From Eledone cirrhosa (lineage: Eukaryota), in contig OZ024743.1 in the NCBI GenBank assembly GCA_964016885.1, positions 37,200,001 through 37,264,000 of the forward strand: 64,000 bases of DNA, in the 5' to 3' direction. The notes under the pieces are model-generated. The model was not told the origin of the DNA. It made no database searches and worked only from the letters and a program-made list of their open reading frames with translations. The stretch's first letter is position 1, and each line of letters begins with the position of its first letter. Position numbers and translations under genes: made by a program. This document shows positions 1 through 12,976 of the stretch, in pieces.

Positions 1-29
1 TCATCACCATCATCATAATCATCATCATT

Positions 30-1005
30 TTACGTCCGCTCTTCCCTGCTTGCAAGGGTGGGACGGGTCTTATTCAGCACAGCATCTCTCCACTTGTCAC
101 GGTCCTTCGTCATCTCTACCGTGAGCTTCAGCGATCTGAGGTCTGTTCTCACCACCTCTGCCCATGTTTTTCGTAGTCTACCTCTACCACGTCTTCCTTC
201 AACTGGCATTTCCTGGCACTTCTTCACCCATCGGTCATCCTCCATGCGCATCACATATCCATACCACCTCAGTCTCCTCTCCCGTACACTACATTCTTTC
301 CCTCTCAGACACAGTTTCTCTCTCAACACATTCATGCTGGGTCGTTCACGCACATTGACAATGCACATCCAACGGAGCATGCTTGCCTCATTTCTCTCCA
401 GCCGTCGCATATCCTCTGCAGTTGCTGCCCATGTCTCACTACCATGCAGCATCGCGCTCCTCACACAGGCATCATATAACCGGCCTTTCGTACGCAGGGA
501 GAAACCCTTCTTCGTCAGCAGAGGAAGCAGCTCCCTAAATTTCTTCCAACCCGTCCTTATTCTAGATACTATGGCCTCGGAACACCCCCCTCCCATCCTA
601 ATCTGATCTCCTAGGTACCGGAAACTATCCACCACTTCTATAGCACCGCCTGCATTTGAAAAATGTGTCTATCAATGCGACTTCTACTGTCTAATTTCCT
701 TGTACATCTACTGCATACATATTTCTCCCTACCTGTTAGTTTGCCTGCTATCCCGCTACATCTCTTGTGTACCCAGGATCTGCATTGTGTGCATTTCTGC
801 ATATCAAACATGGCCATTTCCCTGACGGAATCAGAATTTTGTCCTCTTTTCTACTCATCAACACTTTTGTCTTAGCTAGGTTCACTCTCAGTCCTCTTGC
901 TCCCAACTGCTGTTTCCATAGCCAGAATTTATTCTCTAGCTCCTCTACTGATTCTGCTATAAGAACCAGATCGTCAGCATAGAGAAGTTCCCATGGACTG
1001 CCAGT

Positions 1006-1008
<3 letters not shown>
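30..1008 (-). mobile_element. 5'-truncated RTE-clade LINE, C-terminal half of the RT with an inserted PHD-like finger; (TGA)n-like 3' tail at 1-29
   Basis: Minus strand reads KTGSPWELLYADDLVLIAES...GLRVNLAKTKV, then WPCLIC..CTQC..WVHKRC..YVCSRC, then ORF 30..635 (FRYLGD, RIRTGWKKFRELLP, LYDACVRSAMLHGSETW, RRLRWYG, GRRGRGR..KTW), typical of the RTE C-terminus. It ends at a TA tract near 1010. Confidence 0.92.
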
Positions 1009-1051
<43 letters not shown>

Positions 1052-1054
<3 letters not shown>

Positions 1055-1870
1055 GATGGACGAACGAGAATCTGAACAACCTATTTAGTTAATTCAGTTT
1101 GTATGATTGTATCAGGAATGACATTTTAGGCCTGCCAAGTATTTTCAAGGAAGTCCACAGATCGTGCAAGGGTGAGGTTTACTGGATAATGTTGTTGGTA
1201 TGTTTGATAATGCTTTTCTCTTTCTTCTTGTATCCTATGGATACAGCCAGTCTGAAAGTTCCTGATCCCATTATGACACACAGATCTCAAGTTTACTTGC
1301 TCAAATGTCTTAAGGTTTTGGTTCCTGAAAGATTCCCCTTCGAGCTTGTCTGTGTATCGGAGACATGAACGTCCAACATTTCTACACCAACCATCAAGCA
1401 GGCTCTACATGAGGAGTTTTGGTATTATTTTGTCACTCATTCTGATGACATGACCAGCCCAGCATAGTTATCATTTCATAAGAAAGGTTTCACTGCCTCC
1501 AAACTTGCACTTAGTGAAGAGGTCAGCGTTAGATATTTTGTCTTCAAAGTGTATCCACAGATTACGCGAAGAAATTCTTTATGAAAAACGTCTAGCTGGT
1601 TGATGCCTGACGTATATGGAGTCCAAGATTCTGATCCACATCAGAGTATGGTCAGTACAACAGCTTTATAAACCTGTATCTACGGTCCAGTTTTATACCC
1701 TCTCATTCCAAAGGCGATGACGGAGCTTGCTAAATGCACTCGTGTCTTTCCCTATACGATTAATTATCTTGTCTTCGAGGGATTCATTTCTGTTAATCTT
1801 ACTTCCAAGATATGTGAACTATTTCATATACTTGAGATTATTGCCACCGACTTTTATAGGGGTATCTGGG
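1052..1870 (-). pseudogene. Degraded RTE/BovB-like LINE 3' fragment
   Basis: Minus-strand remnants resembling FKYMK..SHILE, RIQVYKAVVLTIL..GSESWTPY..QLDVFH and Y..AGLVMSSE, with stops and frameshifts. It ends against the TA tract at ~1052. Confidence 0.65.
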
Positions 1871-1883
1871 AACCGTGTGTGTT

Positions 1884-2070
1884 GGTGGATTGGCAGTATC
1901 GGTAGAGGGTCGGGCGCCATGATTTGAAGCATAGAGTTACCTCCCTTTATGATCTGAGTTCAAATCCCGCCGAGGTTAACTTTGCCTTTCATCCTTACGG
2001 GGTCGATAACATAAAGTACCAGTAATGCACTAGGATAATTGCTGGCCTGGTGCCAAAAGTAGAAACAATA
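1884..2070 (+). mobile_element. tRNA-derived SINE, family A (representative copy)
   Basis: A-box-like ggtggattggcagtatcggtag, B-box gagttcaaatcc, conserved core ttgcctttcatccttacggggtcgataaaataaagtaccagt (resembles the Meta-type SINE core; unverified), tail gcctggtgccaaaagtagaaacaat. More than 15 homologous copies in the window. Confidence 0.88.
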
Positions 2071-2205
2071 TATATATATCCATACGCACTTGAACTTATT
2101 TAGGTAAACTAGGTTTCCACTTGCTTTATCTGTATTTCCTCTCTTCCATGCTGTTTTTTCTTCTCTTTCTCTGCTTCCCTCTCTTCTTCACTATCTCTCG
2201 TTTGT

Positions 2206-2237
<32 letters not shown>

Positions 2238-2312
2238 GCTGGTGCTGGTGCTGCTGCTGCTGCTACTACTACTACTACTACTACTACTACTGCTGGTGCT
2301 GCTGCTCTGCTG

Positions 2313-2390
<78 letters not shown>

Positions 2391-2412
2391 ACTTACTTAC
2401 TTACTTAATTAC
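2206..2412. repeat. (CTA)n/(CTG)n/(CTTA)n compound microsatellite
   Basis: Direct reading. Confidence 0.95.
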
Positions 2413-3191
2413 TTGCTTCTTGTAGCCAGGCCGTTGATTTGCTCTTTCAGTCGGTTGCGCTGTTAAGTAGCTGACATAATTTCTTCTCCCCATTTTTCAT
2501 CGACGAAAGTCAATTTTTCCTCTTTCTGGCGTCTTGTGTTGCACATTTCCATGCTATTTTCCATTCAATTCTAATTGTTGGTATTTACGTATGTATATCC
2601 ATTGGCTGAAAAGACACCTGTAAATTATTTCTCCTATCTACTCCTATTTTGTCATCGTCTTACATGAATCACACCAACAGAGCAAGCTCACACATGTTGC
2701 TTAAGGTGAAACTGCACTTTGTGTGATGTGGGAGTGTGACAAAACAAAGAATAGATAGAAGTTTACAGGTGACAAACCAAAGTATAGATAGGAGAAATAA
2801 TACAGGCTCCTACAGTTTCTGTTTTCCAAATTCCGTTCACAAAATATCCGTCAATCTATGGTTATAGTAGAAGGTTCTTGTACAAAATGCCGTACAGCAA
2901 GACTGAATAAAAAACTATGCGGTAGCAAAGCTAACTTCTTAACCACATGGTCAGTTTTTTTTTGTAGTTTAATCGCCCAAAGACAGGCCGAATGCTTGCT
3001 TCAGAATAGACTCCGCTATCGACACCCACGGGCATGTACATTATTTATCGATTTCGAAAGGACGAAAGGCAAAGTTAACACCAGCGAGATTTGAAGTCTC
3101 ATAGTTCAAAAGCGAATACTACAAAGCCTTTTATCCGATGTACTAACAACTGTCCATTCGCAACTTTATATAAAATCTTAAATGATGTTAA

Positions 3192-3448
3192 CCCTTTTAA
3201 TACAAAACCGATAGTAACAATCCCTGGCTTTACTATATGAAGATGTTTATTTTAAAATGTTTATATTTATTTAAAAATTTCCCATCAAAATTTAACGTAA
3301 CAACCTTATAATATATACTTGAAACAACAGCTTAATGCTGAGATAGGTTATTATATTATTACTAACTTCCTCCAAATATTTGGTTACTTTCAAATTTATT
3401 TCAAAGTCATAGGGATTATGTTTCATGAGAGATATGGAAACAAAAGGG
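3192..3448. mobile_element. TTAA-flanked piggyBac-type MITE
   Basis: ttaa|CCCTTTT...AAAAGGG|ttaa termini around an AT-rich non-coding interior. Confidence 0.6.
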
Positions 3449-3978
3449 TTAAGGGACTACTGTTGAATGGTAGGTAGAATAGGGTGGTGGAAGAAAAAGG
3501 CAATTAACTCCCTTGACAAAAGCAAAGAAAAGGCTGTAGAATAACAGCTACTTGATGTATCATTTCTACATCGAGGTGGGCGTTTTGATATGATGAGAAA
3601 AAGACACCGATGGCCTTTATTTGCACAATATGAAGGAAGAGAAGTGGAAAAGTCCTTTCACTATGACCGTCTTTGTAAAATGATTAAGGGCAAGGTGGTG
3701 TTATAGATCCAATAGAAGTGTTGGATAATTCCTTAAAATGAAAGAAATTTAACATAGCAACAGTATTAATGCTATGAAAGCAATTAATTATATGACATTA
3801 ATAGAATTTTGAATAATATCCTCATTCGATCAATATTGAGATTGAGAAAATGTTATATAGTAATGTTTGATATTCCTATGATTTGGGATATCAGATATCA
3901 CATATAATGATATAATGTAGTACTCGGAATCTCGGCAAAGCATAATAATTTATTGCTGTATCATCTATCCATAAAGCA

Positions 3979-4009
<31 letters not shown>

Positions 4010-4013
4010 ATGA

Positions 4014-4060
<47 letters not shown>

Positions 4061-4103
4061 CATATATATATATATATATATGAGTGTATATATATATATA
4101 TGA

Positions 4104-4155
<52 letters not shown>

Positions 4156-4165
4156 GTATATATGA

Positions 4166-4214
<49 letters not shown>

Positions 4215-4344
4215 CATACATATTTTCCCATATATCAATAAAGTAACACACACGCACATATATATATATATATAATATATTATATATATAATGTCTCTCT
4301 CTCTCTCTATATATATATATTTATACACACACACACACACACAT

Positions 4345-4974
4345 CGCTCATATATTCACCCAGCTTATGCTGACAGAATAACTATGTAGCTTGTGCCCTT
4401 CCTATCTACAGTTAGCTTTCCTCTTTGTTGTTTACTTGTCTCACTCGCTTTACGCGTTTTAATTGTCCTAATAACTTAATTTAGTTATTATTGCACCAAC
4501 GTGAGGTATATGATTTTTAATGCAATGAAATATCTATGATCGTTGGCAAATCACTGACGAGGGACTCATTTTATAACATGTTATCCATGTGCAACCTGCA
4601 GTATTCTTCTCCCCATTTTTTCATATATATATATATATATATATATAAACTGCTAAATGTGTGGCCGCCTTCTTGTCTCTCTGCCTTTTGAGCCCCATGG
4701 ATTATATTCCTTTGTTAAGTTTCGAATACCTGATGATGTCACCGGATTCATACTGGACCCGGTCATTGAAATGTTCATAGTCTAATGAACCTTTAAGGAA
4801 TTACACCAGTCCAGCCTCCTGTTATTTTATAATAATTAACTCCGTACTCGCACCACCAACAACACAAACGAAGACGGGTGAGTTGCATTACGTCGAGTGC
4901 TCTCCCTAATATTACATCAAGGTTGACCATACGGAATGACCAGTTCTATCCAGTGGTGAACCAACAAACCTAAA

Positions 4975-5054
<80 letters not shown>

Positions 5055-5305
5055 TTAATATCTTTTGGTCGTTTTGGAAGCCTCAAGAATGCAGATTGGT
5101 AATTCTCCGGGTAACAGGATCCGGTGTTGAAGAGAGAGATGTAAGGGAATGTACAATGAGATGTATAGTGTGTAGAGGAACGTAGGAAAGAGCGTAAAAA
5201 AAATAATAATAACACGAGACATCATCAAGTATTCGAAACTTAACAAAGTAATATAATCCATGGGGCTGAAAAAGCAGAGAGACAAGAAGGCGGCCACACA
5301 TTTAG

Positions 5306-5363
<58 letters not shown>

Positions 5364-5642
5364 AATATGGGTGAGAAGAATACTGCTGGTTGCACATGGA
5401 TAACATGTTATAAAATGAGTCCCTCATCAGTGATTTACCAAACGATCATGGGTATTTCATCGCATTAAAAATCATATACCTCACGTTGGAGCGATAATAA
5501 CTAAAATAAGTTATTAGGACAATAGAAACGCGTAAAGCGAGTGAGACAAGTAAACAACACAGGGGGAAGCTAACCGAAGATGGAAATAAACACAAGCAAC
5601 ATAGTTATTCTTTCAACATAAGCTGTGTGAATATATGAGCGA
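4345..5642. repeat. Nested inverted repeats between (TA)n tracts (4345-4622 vs 5358-5642; 4646-4740 vs 5217-5311), probably Penelope pLTR-derived
   Basis: The arms are reverse complements by direct reading. A third copy of the outer arm lies at ~52810-53015, and another inverted pair at 5050-5113 vs 5929-5992. Confidence 0.8.
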
Positions 5643-5862
5643 GTCAGAAACAGACCTTTCGCTAGTGAATCCGGTGTTAGAAAGAATGAAAACCGTTTTC
5701 CCAGCGAACGGGAGGAAGAAAGAAGGGGAGAAACAGAGACTGAGTGAGTGGGAGTGCGAGGAAGAGGTCAGTAGAGAGAAAGAGTTAACTGACATGGCAG
5801 AGGGGACGAAAGAAAGTAAGAGAAACAGAGAGAACGAGGGAGCAGTAAGAGAGAAAGAGAGA

Positions 5863-5911
<49 letters not shown>

Positions 5912-6032
5912 GTGTATATAAATATATATTACCCGGATAATAACCCATCTGCATTGTTGAGGCTTCCAAAACGATCAAAAGATATTAAATCTTATTATTC
6001 CACAATGCTTCAAGCACATTTCAATACTCTCT

Positions 6033-6125
<93 letters not shown>

Positions 6126-7334
6126 CCCTCACTCACACATCCACTCCAACCACCCCACAACGAATACCACTAACATCCCCCCGACGCGACGCACACAAAC
6201 ACACCCACCCACCCACACCCACTTACACCACCCACTCTACACACCCTACCACCAGTGACCTCCACTAACACACCCGCATTCAACCCTTTCCACACCACCA
6301 GTATACTAACATCCACTAACACCCCCTTCACCACACACACACTCATCCAAACACGCACACACACTCATCCAAACACGCACACACACACCAGTACACTACA
6401 CTCTCTCCACCATCCCCCACACCTTTTCTCTCCCTCTCCCCGCTCCACCAACACCCCTTCACACACACACATCCCACTAACACCTCTACTAATACACACC
6501 CCATCCCCCGCATGACCCCCTCACCACTCCACCTTTCACACCTACCCATCCTCTCCCCTGTCCACCGCACCTCCGCACACACTGACACACTGACTTTCTC
6601 CACCTGCCATTCTCCACCTGCCATTCTCCTCTACTGCTGCTATGCCTTCTCCTGCCTTGACCCTCTGACCACTTCCTGTTGCGCCCGCACCCCACATCTC
6701 CCTTCTTCCGACTACCACAACCATGGATTACACACCATTGGCCATCGTTCCCACTATCCACTCCATAACATGGAAATATCCGGCACTCTTCACATCCTCT
6801 AAGGAACTACCTTAGGAACTTACCCACGGACATACACTCACAATTTTTTTTCGAACCGCGCCACCTACATCCACAAAACGTATAAACACCAACACACACG
6901 TGCGTACCCCCACATATATACACACTCAGCTTCCGGAATCGTCTCCCCCCTCCCCCACCCCTCTGACCCCTCCCCATCCACATGCACACACACCGACATA
7001 CACCCCACCCCCCACACACACCTTTTCCTAAACATGGAACCTCGTTCTTCCCCTAACTCTCACATTCACATACACACACACACGTACACCTACACACATA
7101 CACCACCTTCAGCCCTCCCCGCTCGGAAACCCCGCCTCCCTCTCCCGACTCCACACGCCACCACCCCTACATGCCCCACACCCTTCCACCACTTGTTTAT
7201 CTTCATGTTTATTTTAATTTTAATTTTTAAAATTTTTATTTCCACCGTTTTTCCTCCCTTTCCTCCCCCTTTTTTCTAAATGTCTCTCCACCACTCCCCA
7301 CACACTCTCGGAACTCTCTTCCCACCCACTTTTC

Positions 7335-7354
7335 GCCTGAAGAAGGGCTAATGC
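7335..7354 (+). ncRNA. Minimal hammerhead ribozyme core in the pLTR (stem I not evident)
   Basis: CTGAAGA-a-GGGC-taat-GCCC-GAAACGTC; palindromic ACGT stem III as in PLE minimal type-I hammerheads. Confidence 0.65.
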
Positions 7355-7844
7355 CCGAAACGTCCCCCCCCCACTCTCATGAGAATGAAACTAATAAACC
7401 TTTGTTTGTACTGGCTCTCTATTTTGTTCCCGTTCAATTTTTGACTATACAATACACGCTCCAACGGCTTCCATACCACCTTGGAATACCACCTTGACTA
7501 CCGGCTCAACCCCGATCTAATCCGCCGTGACCACTCTTTGAACTTTCCTCACACCTTCCCACAAACCGTTTTTTCCTTTCTTTGCATTACTCTTTGATTG
7601 ATTTATTTACTGTATTTGTTTATTTCTGTCTATGATTTTTTGCCCATGATTGCCTGTGTTTATTTATGATTATGATTTTTTGTCTATGATTTTCCTGTGT
7701 ATACTCTCTTCTCCTTACGTTATTTCTGTTTGATTTTCCCTCCCCCCTCTCTGCCTACCTTTCGCACTCACCCCTTCGTTCCCCCCTCCCCGCATCACAC
7801 ACCTCCCTTCTCATTCCTACTCCTGCTTTCACTCCACGCCCACC

Positions 7845-10800
7845 ATGCCCAGCCTGAGATCCTTTCTCCACCAACTCCACACCCGCCTCAAACTTTTCCT
7901 CACCCCTTCCTCCCACCCTGCTATCTCCCCTCGGCCTTCCAGCTCTCTAACCTTCTCTTCGCCAAAACACGGCACTCCAGCCACATCCATTTCCTCAGCC
8001 GCTGCCTCCACCTCCACCTCATCTCCGTCGGCTTCCGACTACATTTCCACACCTTCCCCTCCGCTTCCCCCTCCACCCAACGTATCCTCACCCGATCCTC
8101 GCGCCTCCTAATGCGCAACTCCCTCCGCTCCTCCCACCCCACCATCGTCAAACTTGACTACCAACTGACCTCCACCCTCCTCCGCCTTAACTCCGCATGC
8201 CACCCCCTCCTCGCCCACTCCATCCTCCTCTTCCTCCAAAACCTCAACCACGACCTCTTCTCCTTCCTCACCTCCACCAAAGCCCTTAAACTACACCCCC
8301 AGCCCTGTGACCCCCACACCCCTCCCCCTCCCCACCACTCTCTACCCCTCCCCAACCCAATCTCCACCCCCACCTCATCCCTCACCACACCCCTACCCAA
8401 TCTACACCCCACCTCACCCCTCACCACACCCCTCCTCCTTCACACACTCAAACCCCACCACTTGTTGTCACCATACCTCCTGACCTCCCCCTCTCCGCAC
8501 CTGAGCGCTCACTCCTCAGTAGAGGCCTTTGCTTCATACCCCACACTCCGCACAGAGACGAGTTCCGCACCCGAACGGAAGTCGAGCAATTCGTGCGACG
8601 TACGAAGCTACAAGCACATTTTCATCAAACGCCACCGGCTCCGAACGCCCCAGACCCGTTTCTCGCCCTGGGCCGACGACGATCGTCTTGGACGCCGGCC
8701 CCATGGCAATTTAGCAGCCTGGACGCGTTCGTCGATGCCTGCCGCAGCGCAGTAAATCGCTTCGACTTCCGCCACCGGTCCAAACGGAATAGCATCTCAC
8801 GGGGCGAACTCCTCGCTCTCCGCTCCCTCCATAGCCGAGATAACATCGTCATCAAACCGGCGGACAAGGGAGGCGCCGTGGTGGTGTGACGCGCTGACCT
8901 CTACAGGGCCGAAGCCCTCAGGCAGCTCCGTAACCCCCTCTTTTACCGCCCTCTACCCTCCGACCCCACACCCCTCTACCAACAACAAGTTTCCTCCACC
9001 ATCCAACACCCTGTCTCCTCCTCCCTCCTCCCTCCCACCGCTTCCCACCTCATCGTCCGCACCCCCGCACCCCTACTATCTACTTCCTCCCCAAACTCCA
9101 CAAACCCGACAACCCCGGCCGCCCCATCGTCTCCGCTTGAAACTGCCCCACCGAACTCATCTCCGCCTTTCTTGACTCCATCCTCGCCCCCCTCGTCACC
9201 ACACTCCCCTCCCACATCTCCGACACCAACCTCGCCCTTCGTCTATTCGACTCTTTCACTTTTCCACCCGGCCCACAGACCCTTCTCTTCACCCTAGATA
9301 TCAAGTCGCTTTATACTGTTGTAGTGACCTACATTCCGCGGGCTCACATACATTCTCTGTGCGTGATTTGGCTCAGCTCAGCCAATCAGCGCCAGTAGAA
9401 GAGGATGTATCCCTACGCATTCTGAGGGAGAAATAACCCGCAAAGATTTGAGGACGCCACCACTTCCAGGCTTGACCATGCTAAGTAAAAACCGCTTGTT
9501 CTTTTGCTCCACCAGCGCAAACAATATGTAACGACAAAACATTACCTACGAGCCTGGCCAAACGCCTTCAGCCAGTCGCCCGTATTTTCTCTTGTAATCT
9601 TAATTGAATTATTTCATTTCTCTTGGCATGCCAGCTCAACCTCTGTTAATAAATAATGTAAAACCAAGCTAAAGTCGTTGTTGATATTCCTATCATATCT
9701 CTCTACCAAACCTGGTTGCTCGTGGCGACATTACAACTCTCTAAAATACTTCTCCGTTAAATTGGAATTTACATCTTCAAACAAATTGGTGACAACACAT
9801 CTTACATCAAACTGTCATCCCCCACGCCGACGGCCTACGTTCCCTCAAGCACTACCTCGACCTTCACCCCCCCCCACCCTCCTTCGCCTCGCCGAGCTGA
9901 TCCTCACCCTCAACTGCTTCTCCTTCTCGGGTGAGTTTTACCAGCAGGTCACGGGGCCCAAACTATGCCAACCTTTTCGTTGGCCATGTTGAGGCCCAAA
10001 TCTTTGCTCAGTACACCGGCCGCACGCCTGAACTGTACGGTCGTTACATCGACAACTGTATCGGAGCCACGACCCTCACCCGAGAACAGCTCGACTCCTT
10101 TCTCTCCTTCTTCTGCTCCTTCCACCCCTCCCTCCACTTCACCACCTCTATCTCCACCACCCACGTCCACTTTTTAGACATCTCCGTCGCCATCGACCCC
10201 TCCCACCACTCCCTCGTCACCTCCGCCTTCTGCAAACCCACCAACTCCCTCTCCTACCTCGACTTCACCTCCTCCCACCCTACACACACTAAACACTCTA
10301 TTCCCTACTCCGAACTCCTCAGGATCCGCCGCCTCTGCAGCCGAGATGCTGACTTTGAGTCCCAGGCCCTTTCCCTAGTCAGCCATTTAATCCGCAGAGG
10401 CTACCATCGTCCACAACTCCCTCACTCGCGCCCGTGCTGTCCACCGCTCCACCACCCTCACCGCACCCCACGTCACGGCACACCCACCCACCGTTTCCCC
10501 TTCCCCATCACCTACCACCCCTCCACCCTACCCCTCCACCGCACCATCCTCCGTCTCTTCCTACGCCTCCAGTCCGACCCCTCCACCTCCCACATCTTCC
10601 CATCCCCACCACCCACTCCCCTCCTTCAAATGCGCACGCAATCTCCACACCCTCCTCGCCCGCAGTTCCCTACCCCCAACCCACTCTCTTCTCCCCTCCC
10701 CCCGGTTCCCTTCCCTGTTCCAGACCTCGTTGCAACACCTGCCCCACATCACCAACACCACCACCTTCCAGAGTCCCAACAGCCACTCTCTTTGTCCGGC

Positions 10801-11110
10801 ACGCCTTCCGCTGCACCTCCTCCAACCTAGTCTATGGACTTCGCTGCACGGAGTGCAGCGCAACCTACCTCGGACAGACTGGACGTCGCCTGGCGGACCG
10901 TTTCACCGAACACCTCCGGGATATTTGTCTCGGCGGGAGAGCCCCCATCGCCCGCCACTTTGGCTCCCCTGGACATTCCGCACACCACCTCACAGTCTAT
11001 GGTCTACTCCAATGCCACGGAACACCCGCCACCCGCCTCAGAGTCGAACAACTCACCATCTTCACCCTATAGACGCACACTTTCCCCGGCCTGAAATCCC
11101 CACGCATATT
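7845..11110 (+). pseudogene. Penelope RT + GIY-YIG polyprotein (frameshifts, stops, insertion)
   Basis: N-terminal KTRHSSHIHFLSRCL..GFRL; IVIKPADKGGAVVV; YFLPKLHKP..PGRPIVS; LFTLDIKSLYTV/IPH; GPNYANLF; YGRYIDN (catalytic YIDD mutated); FLDI; KHSIPYSELLRIRRLCS; CSRPRCNTC Zn motif; NLVYGLRC..C..TYLGQTGRRLADRFTEH. Confidence 0.92.
9320..9810. mobile_element. ~490-bp solo-LTR-like insertion in the Penelope RT
   Basis: Flanked by ACTGT at 9315-9319 and 9811-9815; begins TGTAG and has AATAAA near 9648; composition differs sharply from the C-rich host. Excision restores SLYTVIPHADGLRSLKHYLD. Confidence 0.75.
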
Positions 11111-12035
11111 CCTTTAGCCTTCGACCGCCCCCCCACACACATATCCCCCACTAACATCACTAACACACTCCTCCTTTTCACCGCCCACCCCATAACTAAC
11201 AATAATAAACCCCCACCCAACCCCGACCACCCTCCCCCAACTAACAATACTAACATCCCCACCCCTCCCCCTATCACGCACACACCCACCTGTACATATA
11301 TACACGCACTCACACTATCCACACACCCTACTACCACCACTAACCCTCACCCACACTTCCACTCCAACCACCCCACAACTAATACAACTAACATCCCCCG
11401 ACCCCACACACACTTACACCACCCACACTACACACCTTACCACCACTGACCCCCACTAACACACCCGCATTCAACCCTTTCCCCACCACCAGTATACTAA
11501 CACCCACTAACACCCTCTTCACCACACACACACCAGTACACTACACTCCCACCAACACACACGTGCGTGCCCCCACATATATACACACTCAGCCCCCCCC
11601 CCCCCTCTGACCCCTCCCCATCCACACACACACCTTTTCCTGATCATGGAACCTCGTTCTTCCCCCAACTCTCACATTCACACACACACACACACGTACA
11701 CCTACACACATACACCACCTTCAGCCCTCCCCGCTCGGACACCCCGCATCCCTCTCCCCACTCCACCCGCTACCACCCATACACGCCCCACACCCTTCCA
11801 CCACTTGTTTATCTTCATGTTTATTTTTATTTTTATTTTTTTTTAGATTTATTTTTATTTGTACCCCTTCCACCGGTTTTCCTCCCTTTCCTCCCCCCTT
11901 TTTCTAAATGTCTCTCCACCACTCCCCCACACACTCTCGGAACTCTCTCGGAACTCTCCCGGGTTAAATCGGGGATAACCACAGTAAGTAAGGTACTCAA
12001 TACGTAGCAGAGTAAAAGTAATTTAATATAGAAAT

Positions 12036-12086
12036 GGCTTCTACAGGACTAGAACTGTTTCATTCGGAGAAAATCATCAGAAAGCC
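12036..12086 (-). ncRNA. Complete type-I hammerhead ribozyme in a second pLTR-like unit (~11961-12390)
   Basis: Minus strand: GGCUUU-CUGAUGA-uuuucuccgaau-GAA-ACAG-uucuaguc-CUGU-A-GAAGCC; stem I 6 bp, stem III 4 bp, GUA triplet, weak stem II with U.U closure. Confidence 0.72.
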
Positions 12087-12480
12087 GACTGTCAATGTAA
12101 ATTTCTGGTATTTTTACATTTTGTCATGGTAAGGGGAGGGTAGTGGTTGGGGGTGGGGGGTGAGGGGGAAGGTAGAGGTCATGGTGGGATTAAAGGATGG
12201 GGATTCTTAGAAAAAACAAAATTTATTTAGAGAAAGCAGTTTAGCGGCAAGTTGCAATTGAAATAAACACTACCCTATTGTATAGTACAATTTTGAACAA
12301 AAGGTATATCAAGTAGGTGATCGAACATCTGTGGAAATGGTAGGTTAGGACCAGGTGATAAGCACACACGCGCCCACGCACACACACATAAATACATATA
12401 TACACATACATATACATATATACAGACACACATACACACAAATATATATATATATGTATATATACATATATATATATATA

Positions 12481-12525
<45 letters not shown>

Positions 12526-12528
<3 letters not shown>

Positions 12529-12976
12529 AAAGTTCTATTTAAATTGTTGGGATACAACAAGCAAATATTTTTATAACTGATATAAAGCACTCGACAAATA
12601 TTTGGAGTAAATATACGATATTAACATATGGAAACTATATTTATAAAACCATATCTATTTTATTATACATATTTCAAGGATACCATGTTAAATTATGGTA
12701 TGCTTTCATCAGACAAAATACAATATATACCAGTATACTCCGTCTTTTTCCTTCTCCTTAACACAACGACTTACTAAGATAAACAAATCCACTATCCCTG
12801 ATGTTTTCCAAAAGTAATGGTTGCATTTTGAAAGGGTACATCAATATTTATTTATAAAACTGGTATATATTGTATTTTGTCTGATGAAAGCATACCATAA
12901 TTTAACATGGTATCCTTGAAATATGTATAATAAAATAGATATGGTTTTATAAATATAGTTTCCATTTGTTAATATC

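Larger units (their letters stand above)
6123..11960 (+). mobile_element. Decayed Penelope-like element (Neptune-type) with partial-tandem pLTRs
   Basis: 6123-7320 is repeated (with an internal ~480-bp deletion) at ~11340-11955. Between them lies a frameshifted ORF with PLE RT motifs and a GIY-YIG endonuclease; hammerhead core at 7335-7354. Confidence 0.92.

Noticed and set aside
1884-1975. tRNA genes
   Set aside because: A/B boxes continue into SINE core and tail and no cloverleaf is evident; these are SINE heads.
3891-4340. [12 protein letters not shown]-type ORFs here and throughout the window
   Set aside because: Dinucleotide microsatellite artefacts.
4553-4600. Hammerhead at ctgacgaggg / ctgatgaggg (also 52945)
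   Set aside because: No stem II-GAAA follows, so the core cannot be completed.
5635-5940. 101-aa charged ORF
   Set aside because: Purine-rich low-complexity sequence running into a microsatellite.
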